Assembly: GCA_030141605.1 (NCBI GenBank)
Contig: JAQGDQ010000949.1
Span: 1 to 64,000, forward strand
Source of the DNA: Tubiluchus corallicola
Lineage: Eukaryota > Animalia > Priapulida
Length of the DNA stretch: 64,000 nt
Direction: 5' to 3'
Shown: positions 51,501 to 64,000 of the stretch, in pieces
How positions within the stretch are numbered: the first letter of the stretch is position 1
Layout of the letters: each line of letters opens with the position of its first letter
Notes under the pieces: generated by a model
The model's database searches: none
What the model saw: only the letters and a program-made list of their open reading frames with translations
Told to the model about the DNA's origin: nothing
Position numbers and translations under genes: made by a program

Positions 51501-54500
51501 TATTTCACAAAGTAGATCTAGATTATAGATAGATGAGTAGAAAGTAGATTTTCCAAACACTTCCACTGTTTAAGTTCCTGAAAAGTGTTCTTTGTTCTGC
51601 AACACCACTTACTTTACAGGTTACTTTATAGTTAACAATGAAACACTTTTTTGATAAAGAATTCCGCAGATAATTTTTTGTTAGAAATTTGCCATGGTGT
51701 TTTTAAATACTGATGCTTCTAAATATTCTTTTACAAACAGAGTGCTCGATATGTGGAATAGTATACTGTCAAAGATTGTCAAAACAACTGATGTTCTTTT
51801 TCATTCAAACTACTTACATCTATTATATTAATATTCTTGGTATCTTAATATATTTATTTATTTATATATATATATATCTATCATATTAATATTCTTGGTA
51901 TCTTAATATATTTATTTAATTATATATATATATAAGATTCGAGGCTACAGCTTCGACGAGGGCACCATTTGCGGCGATCTATATATCAAACGAAAGGTCT
52001 CGATCTAGTGTCGTCTCATTGATGGTTTATTTTTCCAATCGGGCCCACCGGGAGGAAGGGAGAAGAAAAACCTCCCAAAATGGCCATTTTTCGGCCGTTT
52101 TTTGCAAAAGTTATACGGCTGAGATGCAGAGAACGGGAATGGGCCGAGGGTGGTGCTGGGTATAGACAGATAGCCCGTTCAGCGGTGGGTGTCATAGGCA
52201 AATTTAGAATTCGCGAGAGGACCTCGACGTCCCGTAACGGGCGTTTTCCCGGACCCAACTCGCGATTTCTTGGAAATTTTGGCCAAACAGCCTGCAGAAA
52301 AAATGTTCTAGATATATTATAAAAGGATATAAAAGGAGATATATAGCTCTTTAGAAAGAGGAAGAAAGGGGCTACACGGTGTGGGCTATATTTTAGGATT
52401 TATCCATTTTATCCATTTCTGAAACGCTAGCTAATAATATTTAATTTTAACGACTTTATTGTGTCAATACAATTGTACATTTAGATCAGATCAATTGAAT
52501 AAATCAGAAGTGGTCGAGGGAAGAAATTTGGTATGCAATAAGACATCCTGCATCTGGGGACGTGAATGACACAATATTGAGAACGAACAACAAAACGACA
52601 ACAATTATTAATTAACCACAAGTGATTCACTAAAGCTAGCGATATGACTTTGCAATCCATTAAATATTGCTTTTATTTTGTATTCAGGCTTCAATGATGG
52701 AGTGCTGCTAATGGATCTAAAGAAGATGCGTGATGTTGACTTTACTTCCAAAATTTTAGATCTGTTGAGTAAACATCACAAAGATGCTATAACGGGAGAT
52801 CAGTGCATTTTGAATGCTTACGGGAGTAAACATTTTGGTAAAATAAAATTAATTTCGTTTTGTTTCTGAATTGGTTTTTATAGGAATAAAGGAAAGATGG
52901 GGATGGCGTTTCAGTCTACCTCTTTGTAGCATATTCTTTGAAAAAAGGAAAGAAGTACAAATACTTATCAATATTACTTTTTAAAAATTTTATGGTCAGA
53001 CCACATTTACTAAGTGCACAAGAACTCATTTTCCTTTAGCACAGAAAAAACTTCATACAAAAATACAATAATAATAGTAGAGTCAACATTTCTGTGGGTT
53101 AAGTGTAATAAATCTTAGCAAACTTCTTCTGGTAGGCAAAAGTTCAAACAATGCCGTTACTTCACACAATCCGCATTTTAAGATAAAATTTTAGTCAACA
53201 TCATCGTAAGAAAAAATCGTGTCTTAACGATTATAATTGATATACAAATTACATAAATATATAACTCCAAGTTAGAACCAAAAATAAATTGACGAGAAAT
53301 ATATTGAAATTAAGATTGGTCGAGAAATCATTAAAACATGAAACATGAAATAATTAATTAAGAAGGCCAAAGGTTAATAAAATCGTTACCTCTTTGTATG
53401 TCAAATGAAAAGTTTTTTCTTTAATTTTGGCCTGGACTGCAGGACCGCAGCTTACAAGAAATACATCAGGTAAAATGTATGAATTGGACAGGAGGAATAA
53501 ATTGCACAAACTTCTAATTAAATAAATTCTAATTTACGGTTTTCTTTGTATTACTTTCGTTTGTATTCCTTTAAACAAATTTAGCAAGTGGAATATTTTT
53601 CAGATTCTTAAAGATATATTTCTAAAGAGAAAATTGATCTCTACAGCAGAAATTTTGTGAAAAAATTGTAATTGTAATTGCTTATGCTGTTATCATAAAA
53701 CCAAAAGATATTTTTATACTTTCTAGTTCAGACAGCGCTTCCATAAAATGCATTAGGTGAAAAGTTTAACAGAATAGTTTCTAGACAAACCAAGAATAAC
53801 AAATTTTATTTCAGATATTATTATTGATTTAAATTGTAAAGTTTGAAACATTATTAACTTTTTACTAAGTAAAATAAAATTTTTGCATTATAGTCATTGT
53901 GGAAGAAAAACACAAAATTAAACAAGAATTTAATTGCAGACAGAATCTTTGTCCTCCCTTGTGAGTGGAACATCGGAATGGACATTATTCGACAGAAGCA
54001 AATTTGTAAATCTGCAAAAGGAAATGGACTTGGTATTCTGCATGGTACATCGATGCATTTTTACAGGAAGTCTTCAGATTTTCCAGAGTTCCTGTTGGTG
54101 AGAATGATCTATCATCTATACAACAATGTAAGCAAATAAATTTTATACAAATTTTTATACAGTTTTCTAACTAGCCCACTCTGTCTTCAATTTCAAATCT
54201 GATTTACAAGCAGAATGTTGGCCTATAATTTTCTCAAGTGAGAGCTCATAAATACAAGAATCCAAAAACAACCCTAATAATTGTTAATCATACAACAGCA
54301 GCACGTTAACTACAACCATCACGTATAATGTACAAACAGTAAGGTAAAGCAAAGTCGTCAGCCGTATTAGTTCAGTAATTTTAATTGTTTTACGTGGCCT
54401 TTAATTAATTACACATTTGTCTGTGTGCATACGATTTATTAGCAGAATCTCGCTGGGGGGAACAAGAAACATGAGCAATATGTAGGTAAGATTCTAACTA

Positions 54501-57500
54501 GCTGTTAAAACTTTTACTATTGCAATAAAATGGGCTGTGATGCTGTAACGATCTGACGATTGGGGGTAGGTTGTTTGATCGAAGGTAGTCGTTGGTTTAC
54601 AATTTGACTGTACCGTCCGAGCTAAAGAAATGGGGACCAATCATCTACCTGTCAGCTCCAGACAGTGGCAAGAATATAGGCAGTCTACGGGTGGGGGGGG
54701 GTGTTTATTGAGCAGAGTGGTGCGGGTGTGGAGTGATCTGTTGAACTCATTGTGATAATGCAAACGACGATGCGTAGGTAACTAATGCACAAACAATCAA
54801 TTGCATGAAATATTGTAGAAATAATTATTAAGCAATAACAAAAAAATGTATGTAAAAAAACACTATCATTAGTCAAACACTAATTTAACTACTTTTGAAT
54901 GAGCTAAATATGGTAACCTTTTACCATGCTCACAAAATAAACAAAACGCTTTAAGCTTGGGACTTACTGTATCAAGTCAATAAACTAACAAATAAATTGG
55001 CAAATAATGCTCAACAGCTAAACCTAACTAAAAGGGGTACCCATGTGCCTAACTACACGCCAACCCAAATGATGTAATCCTCGCTAGCGCTATGATGATC
55101 AACCGGCATTATCTCACTTAGAAAATACACAATGGAGGTTCAGTAGGCCTACTAAGTCTAACGTAGGGCGCCTCTATGATGAGGTTGCTGATCAGTGTCT
55201 ATTGATGTCACCTCTATGATGAGTCTGCAGCTCAGTGTCTCTTAATATCACTACCAATTTCTTGAAAAGCGAGGAGGTTAATGTCAGCTTCTACGCAACT
55301 GCTAGCATCAGATAAGCAAATACTGAATCGCGTTACTTACAGTCTCTGGGTTGTACTAGGGGGGTGCCTCGTCACCTGAAACATGGATCCGCCTCTCAAC
55401 GGCTTGCCGGTACGCCCATAGCACTTCCCAACGATACGATTACAGTAATGGGACAAAGACTTAATTGTCACCAAACTTTGTGGAAATCTCTACCACCAAA
55501 AACATCTGCCCAGGGGCGTCGTGCACCAAAAAAATTGGGGGGGGGGGGCGACTGTATATAATGGCGGAACTTAACTGTTTAAAAAACGTATAATTTTGAA
55601 TTCCCACACAGTATTTTGTGTGCAAGAAAAACGATTTATTTATTCCTAACTGGCATTTAACTTAAAGCTATAGCAACGGAAACTTAATTAAAATTAAAAA
55701 TTAAATTAAAATTTAATTAAGTATTTATTAGCTGTCAGGAATCCAAAGATTCGGCGAAAAGACCTAGTAGGAGAAAAATCATGAAATCTGCTCAAAATGA
55801 CGCCCTTTTATGCAGCAAACTCGTGGGAAAGAGTCACTAAGGAGTAGCAAAGAGTCGTTAATGTCCAATCAGGAGGTGGCTGAGCCATGGCTCATCAATT
55901 GGTATCTCCCAAACCGACTCTCTGGTACTAGGCTAGCTGGACAAACTGACTCTCTGGTACTAGGCAAGCTCAACATGACTTCAATGTCTGCATTGTTTTT
56001 GCTCTATTATTTCACTTATTCTCTATAATAACCCACTGCTGAACGAAGCTCCAGTGCTAACTGAGCCGTTTTGTTAACTAACAGTCTTTTGTGCACAGAG
56101 GCTAATGCTACTAAACGAGCTGCTTTGTTAACTGTTCCTGCCTGCCTCCTGAATAGATTACATGCAAACAAATTAACTACATCCTGACTTTCAGGTAAAC
56201 ACATCTGGTCAGGCACGTACTAACAGTCAGAATAATTTAACTCGGGACAAACTTTAATGATAAAAAATATTATTGGGCTACTGTACCGAATGATCTGCCC
56301 AGTCAGTTGTCCAATAGTTTCAGACCTCATGGACAAAGTCACCATACGATATAACTGACTACCCCGACAATACTAGTTGCACGTCATATCAGTCTACTTG
56401 CCTTACCTGGAGTAAAGTTGCTGACCTCTTTTCCATACCTGCGAGAGTAGTAGTAGTCATAGGATTACTCTGGCTTCCTACAGCTATTATTACAAGCGAT
56501 TAAACCAGCCCTCCCGCAGTACTTACTAACCTTGGCTAATGGCTATTATCGTTTACAGGCTACAGAAAAGATCTTTTTCATACTAATATTATCTTATTCC
56601 CACATTTGAACAAAATGTAGAATACATATTGAGAATTTCACAGCATAGAAGGGCCAAAAATGATTGGGGGATGTATTTTCTTTCTGAAACACTGCAACTG
56701 GGATGGCGAACCAACTGACAGACTAACTGAACAAACACCATACTCACATGACATAAGCTGCAACACTAGTCTATTTATGTAGGAAGCAGACATGCATGTT
56801 TTAGACGCATTGTCAAGTACGCGAATATGTAATCTGGTACACTTAACCTTTGACCTTTCACAATCATCGTCAATCGTTGTGAAAACGGCTTATTTGTTGT
56901 ATTATTTTTTATGCAGGCTGGCACTTGACAAACCTATTGAATACTTAATGACATGGCCTGAGCCTATTTAATGTCAAAGCCTGTGGCTGCAAGAATTTTA
57001 CATTTCTTACAATGCAGTTTATTTTGAATCTTATTCCATTACAATATTCTACGGCACACACTCGCGCAAACAGTCAAGCAATAAAAACTAGTAATATCAA
57101 CGCGTTAATTACGCAACATAGTAAAACCTGAGAAAAAAATACAAACGCCGTTACCGTAAGCTGCTCTAAGTTACTGCAAATCACATATCTATCAAAATTT
57201 ACAGAAAGAGCAGAGGTAAAATTTTGCGCAGTAGCTGTTAATCAAGTAAGATTTCGTATCATCAGCACAAATTTCTGATCAAAGTAAAAGTGGAATATAC
57301 TTGAATATACATTAGCTGAGTTTGGTAAGCACTATCTTTCAATCTGCACATATAATAATGGCCTAGAGTACTTCTCATAGGCACTAATGTTGCTCCAATA
57401 TACAATTGATCATTGCCGAGCATCAAAAATTTATCGGCAGAATTACCAGGGCTAAAAATGCTGATGTTCTCAATAGCAAAATAAAGACAACAGTTTATGA

Positions 57501-57923
57501 GTGTATGTAAATTTCATATAGTTGATCATTGGCATTCAGAATGTGATACTGGTTAGAACATGTTACTGGTTCAACGACTACAAACTCGTTCAACGCTGGT
57601 TCACGTTCAACAACACGTTCATGATAGTATGTTTCCGTGTACAGCAACTGGGGAAAATGAAAGTAGGAGACACGGCGTAACTACACGTATCAAAACTTAC
57701 AGTTTGGGGAGAAAGTTTAACTAAAGCTTTTTAACGTCAAATTTTATGTGTGTTTCAGCTGCCACTGTGTGAACCAAAGGAATGTGTTGCCAAGGAACTT
57801 TCCAGACTAGAGAATTACGCTCGACATAGAGAAATTTACAACAGCACCTTACTGGAGTCATTTGCAGCTTCAATTGGTAGCAATAAATCGCAACACGAAA
57901 ACGACCCAGGACAGAAGAAATAG
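45524..57923 (+). CDS. Multi-exon GT8 glucoside xylosyltransferase (GXYLT)-like gene; 5' exon(s) unresolved
   Basis: Phase-consistent GT-AG exons: 45524-45687 (LDVAITLLG...IKSALMVTSVPLRFHII), 48033-48149 (PPEWIDFFRRGAAVRLFLT), 50834-51029 (DKALYVDVDIIITRPLEQLW), 52688-52837 (GFNDGVLLMDLKKMR...GDQCILN), 53940-54127 (RIFVLPCEWN...GILHG), 57759-57923 (ends TAG). The last exon is supported by splice signal and phase only. Confidence 0.82.
45950..47060 (+). mobile_element. Degenerate L2/CR1-type LINE ORF2 in a GXYLT-like intron
   Basis: CGIFLDLS, ILLNKLEHYGIRG, HGICQGSTLSPLL..IHINDLP, MNANKLTLNHKKTK, SIKYLG, LLKLSDIFKLELAK and KLWSSLP. Confidence 0.8.
48520..48768. mobile_element. PIF/Harbinger-type MITE (249 bp)
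   Basis: Imperfect TIRs TGGCGCATTCAGACATAGA and TGGCGAGTTCAGCATAGA, TTA TSD on both sides (48517-48519, 48769-48771), and an internal ~68 bp tandem repeat. Confidence 0.75.
51700..51790 (+). mobile_element. CR1-type LINE 3' fragment
   Basis: KYSFTNRVLDMWNSIL. Confidence 0.5.
51819..52396 (+). mobile_element. 3'-truncated copy of the Helitron-like element, opposite orientation, inside a GXYLT-like intron
   Basis: Reverse complement of ~2455-2976. Begins A|TCTATTATATTAATATTCTTGG, and this 5' terminus is repeated at 51877. Confidence 0.8.
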
Positions 57924-59856
57924 AAGCTACTGATGATTAAATTAGAACAACTGAGAACAAAGTCTTTAGTGATTTACTTGATATGACAATCCTAATTTAT
58001 TTGTAAAACATTTTTATTTCACACTTTTTGTATTTCGCCTGCTAACAAAACTTGGGACTGTGATGACAAGGGTTGTAGCCTGTAATTATTATTATAATGA
58101 TAACTGTTTACAGGTTTTTCGTGCGGGAGATAATCCGTTATTTGTTACTATCAACCGAATCTGCAAAAATATCTGAAGCTGGAATCGAACCTGCAACGTT
58201 ATTTAATATTATATATCAGCAGAATGGTACCCCCCTTGAGAGTAACATTCTTAATGTAAAAGATACCAGCAGTTTATTGTCAGGATGCTTTTGTCCCAAG
58301 TTTGCCTAAAATTTAGTGTACTATAACTGTGGCTCTATAAATGTGAGAGAATAACAGCATGTAAATAAACAAACTACAATATTAAATTATAGATAACTAC
58401 AGATAAATGATCAGGCAAGTATGTTCTAGCCTATCCATGCTTGCAAAACTAACATTTTAAAAGTGCACCCACAACTCGTTTGTAGCCAATCAGGACTAAG
58501 CAAAGTATAATTGTTGCACTGTAACTTTGTAACACCTGTTCTCAATGTGAAAATCCGTTTGGCCTAAAATGCTGTAAATGTTTTTATGTCGGGATGGCAA
58601 GATTATCACTATAACACTGGTGCTAACACACCATAAATACTTAAAGAAACAGCAAGCTTTATTTGATCTAAGGCTGTGGGTCCCTGGCGAGTTTCCTTAA
58701 CGTGAGAATCTAACATTATCAGAACAGATAGACAAACGACCAATTAGCTATAAACTCAATATTATTTAACATAGGAAAAACACATTGGAGAAATAATAAA
58801 CAAATATATACTACAAATTATAGTTTAGCTACTGTCTTTAATTTTACCCGGGATTTTAAATGTATCACAAAACACCATAAACTGTACTTATCGTGAGTCT
58901 CTGTGCACACGTTGGCTAGCTAGCTTAACCTCGTCACTGTCGCTGTCGACAGCGGCGTGTACTGGAACACTCTGACGGCAGTCTTCCCAAATGGTAACTT
59001 CAGGGTCAGACAATGACGTGACAGCAGGCGTGGCATTAACTCCATCAACTGAGTAATGCGCTGTATCAAGTCCGGCGTATCTGAAGACACTGACAGGAAG
59101 ACTGACCACAGGCTGGTTCTCTGAGAACTACCAATAGTCCATTTCACGACCTGGTCTCCTCCACCATAAACGACAAAGTCTCTAGGGGCTTCCTAAATAA
59201 CGGACAGCCCACGATCACAAAGACTGAGTATAACCATTGTAAAAGTGCTCTGTTTCTGCTTAGGAAATGCCATTAATAAATGCAATATTATCCTTTAAAC
59301 CAAGAATTGATAAAACTCAAGTAGAGCAACCATATTGCAAAGCCACACCTTTCACACCTTGTTCTGTGGCCTCGTTTTTCCAGGTAAACCTGTTTGCTCT
59401 CAGCTGAGTGGTTGCATATCCTGTAAAGGTTGGTTCATCACCTAAACCTGACCAATCAAACAGGTTATAAAGAGTAGCAGCTGTGAATGTCGTATTTATC
59501 ATCACTCAGGATTGGTGGTCAAACTTGCCAAATAAGGAAGCACACCTGTCAAGTTCATGTCCCTGGTTTCTTTCATTGATAAACAAAGTTGACAGTAGAT
59601 GGCACTACTATACTAGTCTGAGAGATAATAATTACATATATAAACAAAATAAACTTTTCATTTAGCACTACAAAATTAAACTCATTGGCGCTACTCTGCT
59701 TAACTTAGCACACTTAATTGTAGAAATTTAATCAGTACGATAAAATGAGAGCACTATTGTATAGGGCTGTCACAGAGCTCCCCCAGAAAAGAATTTTACC
59801 AAAATTCAAGGAGTACAAGAAACATTTCTACAACATTTCAAATGGCAAACAACAAC

Positions 59857-59887
<31 letters not shown>

Positions 59888-60249
59888 TTGTTTGGAAATG
59901 CAAATATAATATCTAGAAACACAGAGAAAAATAGATATTAATAAAAATGATTTAATTTTGATATGATAACATGCATATAATAAATGGCAAGAACCAGAAG
60001 TAAAACTTATTAGATGCTTGCACCATTGTAAACACGTCAACATAATACTAAAGAAAAAAAGTACAAAAAACCCCGAGGGTTTTAGGCAATTTAAAAAAAA
60101 AGTTGTGCAAAGCAAGGATAGAAGTAATGGATAAAAGGAATGTTCAAAAGGATAGGAAGAGTAGCTTATGAAGATTCATCTCATGAGATGACGAACCACT
60201 CTAGATTCTACTCAAAAAGAACACAAGGCTATGACTGTTGTGTCACACA

Positions 60250-60965
60250 GGAACAATAGGTAGTCACAGAGACTAATTTTTATATGAAGGAAACATGTAT
60301 CGTTTAACTGACGTTTTAAAGCGGTAAATGTTCACTGGCACTTTACATTTGGGTGGTAGTGAGTTCCAAAGTTTAGGTCCGCTATGGCTAATGAAATGTT
60401 TTGCAATATTGGTTCTGCAGTAACTGAGTTTTTAATCATTATAGCGAGTATTATGTGATATGACATTCTTAAATACAGTGTTCTTGAAACATGTAGGGAA
60501 TAGGCCATTGTTAGTCTTATAAACAAAAATGGCTGTGTTATAGAAAATCAGATCATCAATTATTAGTATTCTACACTCATTATAACATGATTTAGTAACT
60601 GAACTGAATTTGAAGAGTCTGTACAGGGTGCGTATGAATTTACGTCGCAAGCTGTGAAGTGGATTTAAGTTGGTCTTGTAAGTACTACCCCGAAGTATAT
60701 TTATACATGAAAAATATGGTAAGACTAATGTGTTATATAAAGTTATTAAGTGAAATTCAGTTAGGGAGTTTTGAATATATGTTATTATTCCTATATTTTT
60801 AGCTATTTTAAGTCTGATCATATTTATATGAAAATTCCAATCAAGATTTTCGTGGAGGATAATGCTTAGAAACTTGATTTGACTAACTATTTCTATAGTT
60901 GTATCATCAATAGAAATTTTATAATATTCTGGAAGGATAGTTTTATTTCTGGCACGAAATATAAT
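60250..60965 (-). mobile_element. Degenerate L2-type LINE ORF2 3' half
   Basis: KIAKNIGII, LITLYNTLVLPYFS, STYKTNL..L..LRRKFIR and LPTCFKN...ISHNTR. Confidence 0.75.
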
Positions 60966-61179
60966 GCAAGAGATTTCCCGAGTTACGTACTAAAATGATA
61001 TTAATTGTAAACAAATTAGACAATATCTTAGTATTATCTGAAATTCCCACTCAGCGATATTTGCAGTCCTGAAGTCAAAAATGAACAACATAACTGGCAA
61101 ACCAGATTATCTCTCTCTTGCAGCGCGAGTCATCCTTAAATGGCATTGTCCCAAGCATACGCTCAAAGATACTAGTGTC

Positions 61180-61216
61180 TCGTCTCTCTCTCTGTTGCCC
61201 TCCCTCTCCGTCTCTT

Positions 61217-61274
<58 letters not shown>

Positions 61275-61276
61275 AC
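61180..61276. repeat. Compound (CT)n(CA)n microsatellite
   Basis: Directly visible. Confidence 0.95.
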
Positions 61277-62329
61277 CAGCTAATAACATGTAATTAAATG
61301 TAGTTATTCAATGGACCTCATGTTTTCGTCATGCATTTACTTTGATCCAATTTGCAGGTGAAAAATTCATCTGCTTAAACTGCTCAGATAGTGTAACTTA
61401 TCCCAACTTGAATACTTGATGGAATAATGGTCACTGTTGCACTAAGAATGGCATTATCAGTAGACTTATGTTAATCTTGTAACGTAACATCTGTATCTTG
61501 TAAGCTGCGTAACAACGCAAGATTAAAGAAACAATTCGCCTTATAACGTCAACGAAACAATTTGCAGCTTTGTTGATTCGTAACAGCGCAACAGAAGTTG
61601 AGGGAATTAACATGAGCCACATGATAAACACCAGTAACATTTAGTAAAGAGCGACTTTTAAAACTTTTTGCGGTGATTCTGACATATTTGTTACACTTTT
61701 GTCAAGATTCAGATTTAGTTGCCACACAGCAGCAGGGAATGTCAGATGAACAAATTTTTATTTTATTGTATTTCTGAAAGCGTTTACGAAAATAAATGTG
61801 CTTTTGACGAGTCTAGTAAATACTTACTTATTTCTACTTGCATTTATTTTTAGGAATTTTGTTTTTCTAAGCGGGAAGCTTTCCATCATAATCCTTAGAT
61901 GTTTACAAATATTCCCACATTGGCTGCTAGATCATTGGTGTATCATTGTTATATTACAATAAGTCTTGTATGACTGCAGACAAATCTTTCTTTTTTTCTG
62001 AATGTAAATTCCTCATGTGAGAGAAGTGCTGCTGTCTGCAGTTTAAGACATTCAATTTTCGTTTTCGCAAACACGCGCAACACGCTCATGGAATATATGT
62101 GCTGTTGAGAATTATGTTAGTTTGTGACGTCATCAATAGTTGGACTCGCCCTTTACTAAGATACACACAAGTTTAAATTTCAAGCAAATTACATTGCACG
62201 ACTTTAAACAACATTAATTAAGATGGACTGAATTTTAACATTTAAAAGACAATAATTTACCACATTAAAATTAATCTTACTAAAATCCATTATTAATATC
62301 TCGTGTCGCAGTGTATACAGTAGTAATGA

Positions 62330-62900
62330 ACTTACTAATAATTAAAAAGTGCATAAGGTTTAAAACTGCTTTTAAAACGTTTAGAACGGCAAAGAGGTAA
62401 ATGGAACGTCAATTGTTTACGAAGATTGTATATATTGGTATTTACATCTTTGAAGGCCGCTATATAGATGTGAAATAACTTCGCTAAATCTTGTGTCATT
62501 GACTCAACAGAATGGATTTTCTGTGACAACTAATTAGGTTCAGCCAAGCCATTTTGAGCTTTGACAACGTATGACAAGTAGGCCCTGACTTTGGGTGCTG
62601 AATAAGGACTGCAAAATGAGCCAACTGTTAAAAAGATATCTGATTGTTTTTCAATGTTACTATCCATGTATTGAAGTTGTTTTCCCTTGTTTTGCTAAAA
62701 CAAAGTATTTGTGTCGAACGAATTTCTCGTGGATTACAAAACCATCTTTTTGTTCGTCTTTTGCGAAATGGTTTAATAACGGCGAATAAGAATAGCGTAT
62801 TTTCTTAGATATGATCATAATTCAATCGTAAAGCATAAGCGGATTTTTATACTTTCGAAATGGAAGAGCAGATTCAGAATCGTTCGATAGAGAAAGGTAG
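62330..62900 (-). mobile_element. Degenerate LINE ORF2 3' fragment
   Basis: YNLRKQLTFHLPLCRSKRFKSSFKPYAL is a typical CR1/L2 C-terminus. The upstream boundary is approximate. Confidence 0.55.
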
Positions 62901-63426
62901 ACTTAAGAAGTCATAAATATGTAGTCAGTTTGTGATCAGGCTCTCTGTTAGTCTTAAAGTACAAGAAAACCCTCCACTTTTATAAAACTTAAAAAATTCG
63001 TCTTGAAATTTTATACCACTTACATACTCACTTGTGTCGGTAGTAACGCTGTACAAAACATGTAAGTTTAAACTCCCGCGATGACCATTACACGCAGCCA
63101 TTTTGACGATAAGTCATTTGAAACAAAATTAGAAAACACTAAATTTTAGTTTGAAAAATTATCAGAGCATTCACAACGCACGCGTCACTAAGTAAAATTT
63201 TAAATTACTGTATCTTGTCAATAAGATTAAAAATACGTGAGTCAGCGATATTTTAACAATTGGCACAAACATTTTATATTATTATTTCTAGAAACACCAG
63301 TGTTTCAAGCAGGTAAGCAAAATTCTAAGTAACACAAGTTTGCACGGAATGTTTAACATTTCCTTTTCCTCACCTCATTTACGTTGCTCGTACATTATGT
63401 GTAATGGCGCCGTAACAGTATTGCTA

Positions 63427-63983
63427 CAAGAATCTCGGGCAATACTTTCATACGCATTCTCATTGGCTGAGGGACTTCGCCTTGCTGACGTCAATTTAAA
63501 ATGGCGGAGTTGTCGATTACAAGATTAAAAGTTTTGTTACTGTTTTGAAAATTGGTGAAAATGCAAAACCTGAAAAAATGGAACACGAATTTTACTTTGA
63601 AGTATCATAACATAGTTTCAACTATGATGGGTGATTTTAATGGCAATTACACAATTATCGATAATAACACATCATAAATACTACACAGATTTTACATAAC
63701 ACATAGAAAGACAATTAATTGGATGTATTTGATACATACAAGATTTTAGTTGCTGTGATACACAGTACTCCAAGTGTTTTGGTTTATCAGAAGACAGGTA
63801 AATCAACCACCATAACTATGGCCAGGTTATGAGAGGCAGTAGTGCAACTGCTGTACATTAGTTAGAACGTTACCTGCATTCACAACCCGTATTCAACAAC
63901 TCCGCCATTTTAGTTTGACGTCATCAAGAAGAAGTCCAGCAACCAATGAGAACGCGTAGGAATCTACTACCTCGAGACTCTTG
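63427..63983. mobile_element. Foldback/MITE-like element with ~95 bp imperfect inverted arms
   Basis: 63427-63521 (..TTCTCATTGGCTG..GACTTC..CTTGCTGACGTCAA..TAAAATGGCGGAGTTGT) is the reverse complement of 63888-63983. True ends and TSD not resolved. Confidence 0.7.
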
Positions 63984-64000
63984 TCATGTCATGGTTTAAT

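Noticed and set aside
54540-56700. GC-richer intronic blocks that look like solo LTRs (also 44400-45250 and 58590-59775)
   Set aside because: I could not find matching TG..CA ends with a TSD or a second copy in the window. Probably repeats, but unsupported here.
58165-58200. tRNA T-arm-like GGTTCGATTCC on the minus strand
   Set aside because: No cloverleaf or A-box; at most a SINE scrap.
1-64000. CRISPR arrays, rRNA or intact tRNA genes
   Set aside because: None seen. The repeats present are satellites or transposon-derived.

Overview
AT-rich, repeat-dense eukaryotic (metazoan-type) genomic window with GT-AG introns and no prokaryotic features. The host genes I can support are all type II membrane, Golgi-type glycan enzymes: a two-exon carbohydrate sulfotransferase (Sulfotransfer_2/CHST8-14 type, minus), an intronless GT8 glucoside-xylosyltransferase-like ORF, two ~95% identical intronless copies of an uncharacterised GT-A glycosyltransferase, two intronless FkbM/Methyltransf_21 (Star-like) methyltransferases (minus), an intronless GT11 alpha-1,2-fucosyltransferase, and a 6+ exon GT8 GXYLT-like gene. 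That is eight genes from five unrelated families within ~51 kb, which looks like an animal glycan-decoration gene cluster (inference). One methyltransferase sits inside a 12.5 kb block bounded by LTR-like direct repeats with TG..CA ends and a 5 bp target-site duplication (ACGGG); the empty site survives at the paralogous locus. The rest is mobile-element debris: tandem non-autonomous Helitrons with an internal CACCA satellite, a Penelope-like remnant, a decayed BEL/Pao retrotransposon, a Polinton/adintovirus fragment, several CR1/L2-type LINE fragments and MITEs. All family calls are by motif recognition, not database search. Splice models were checked by hand for phase.
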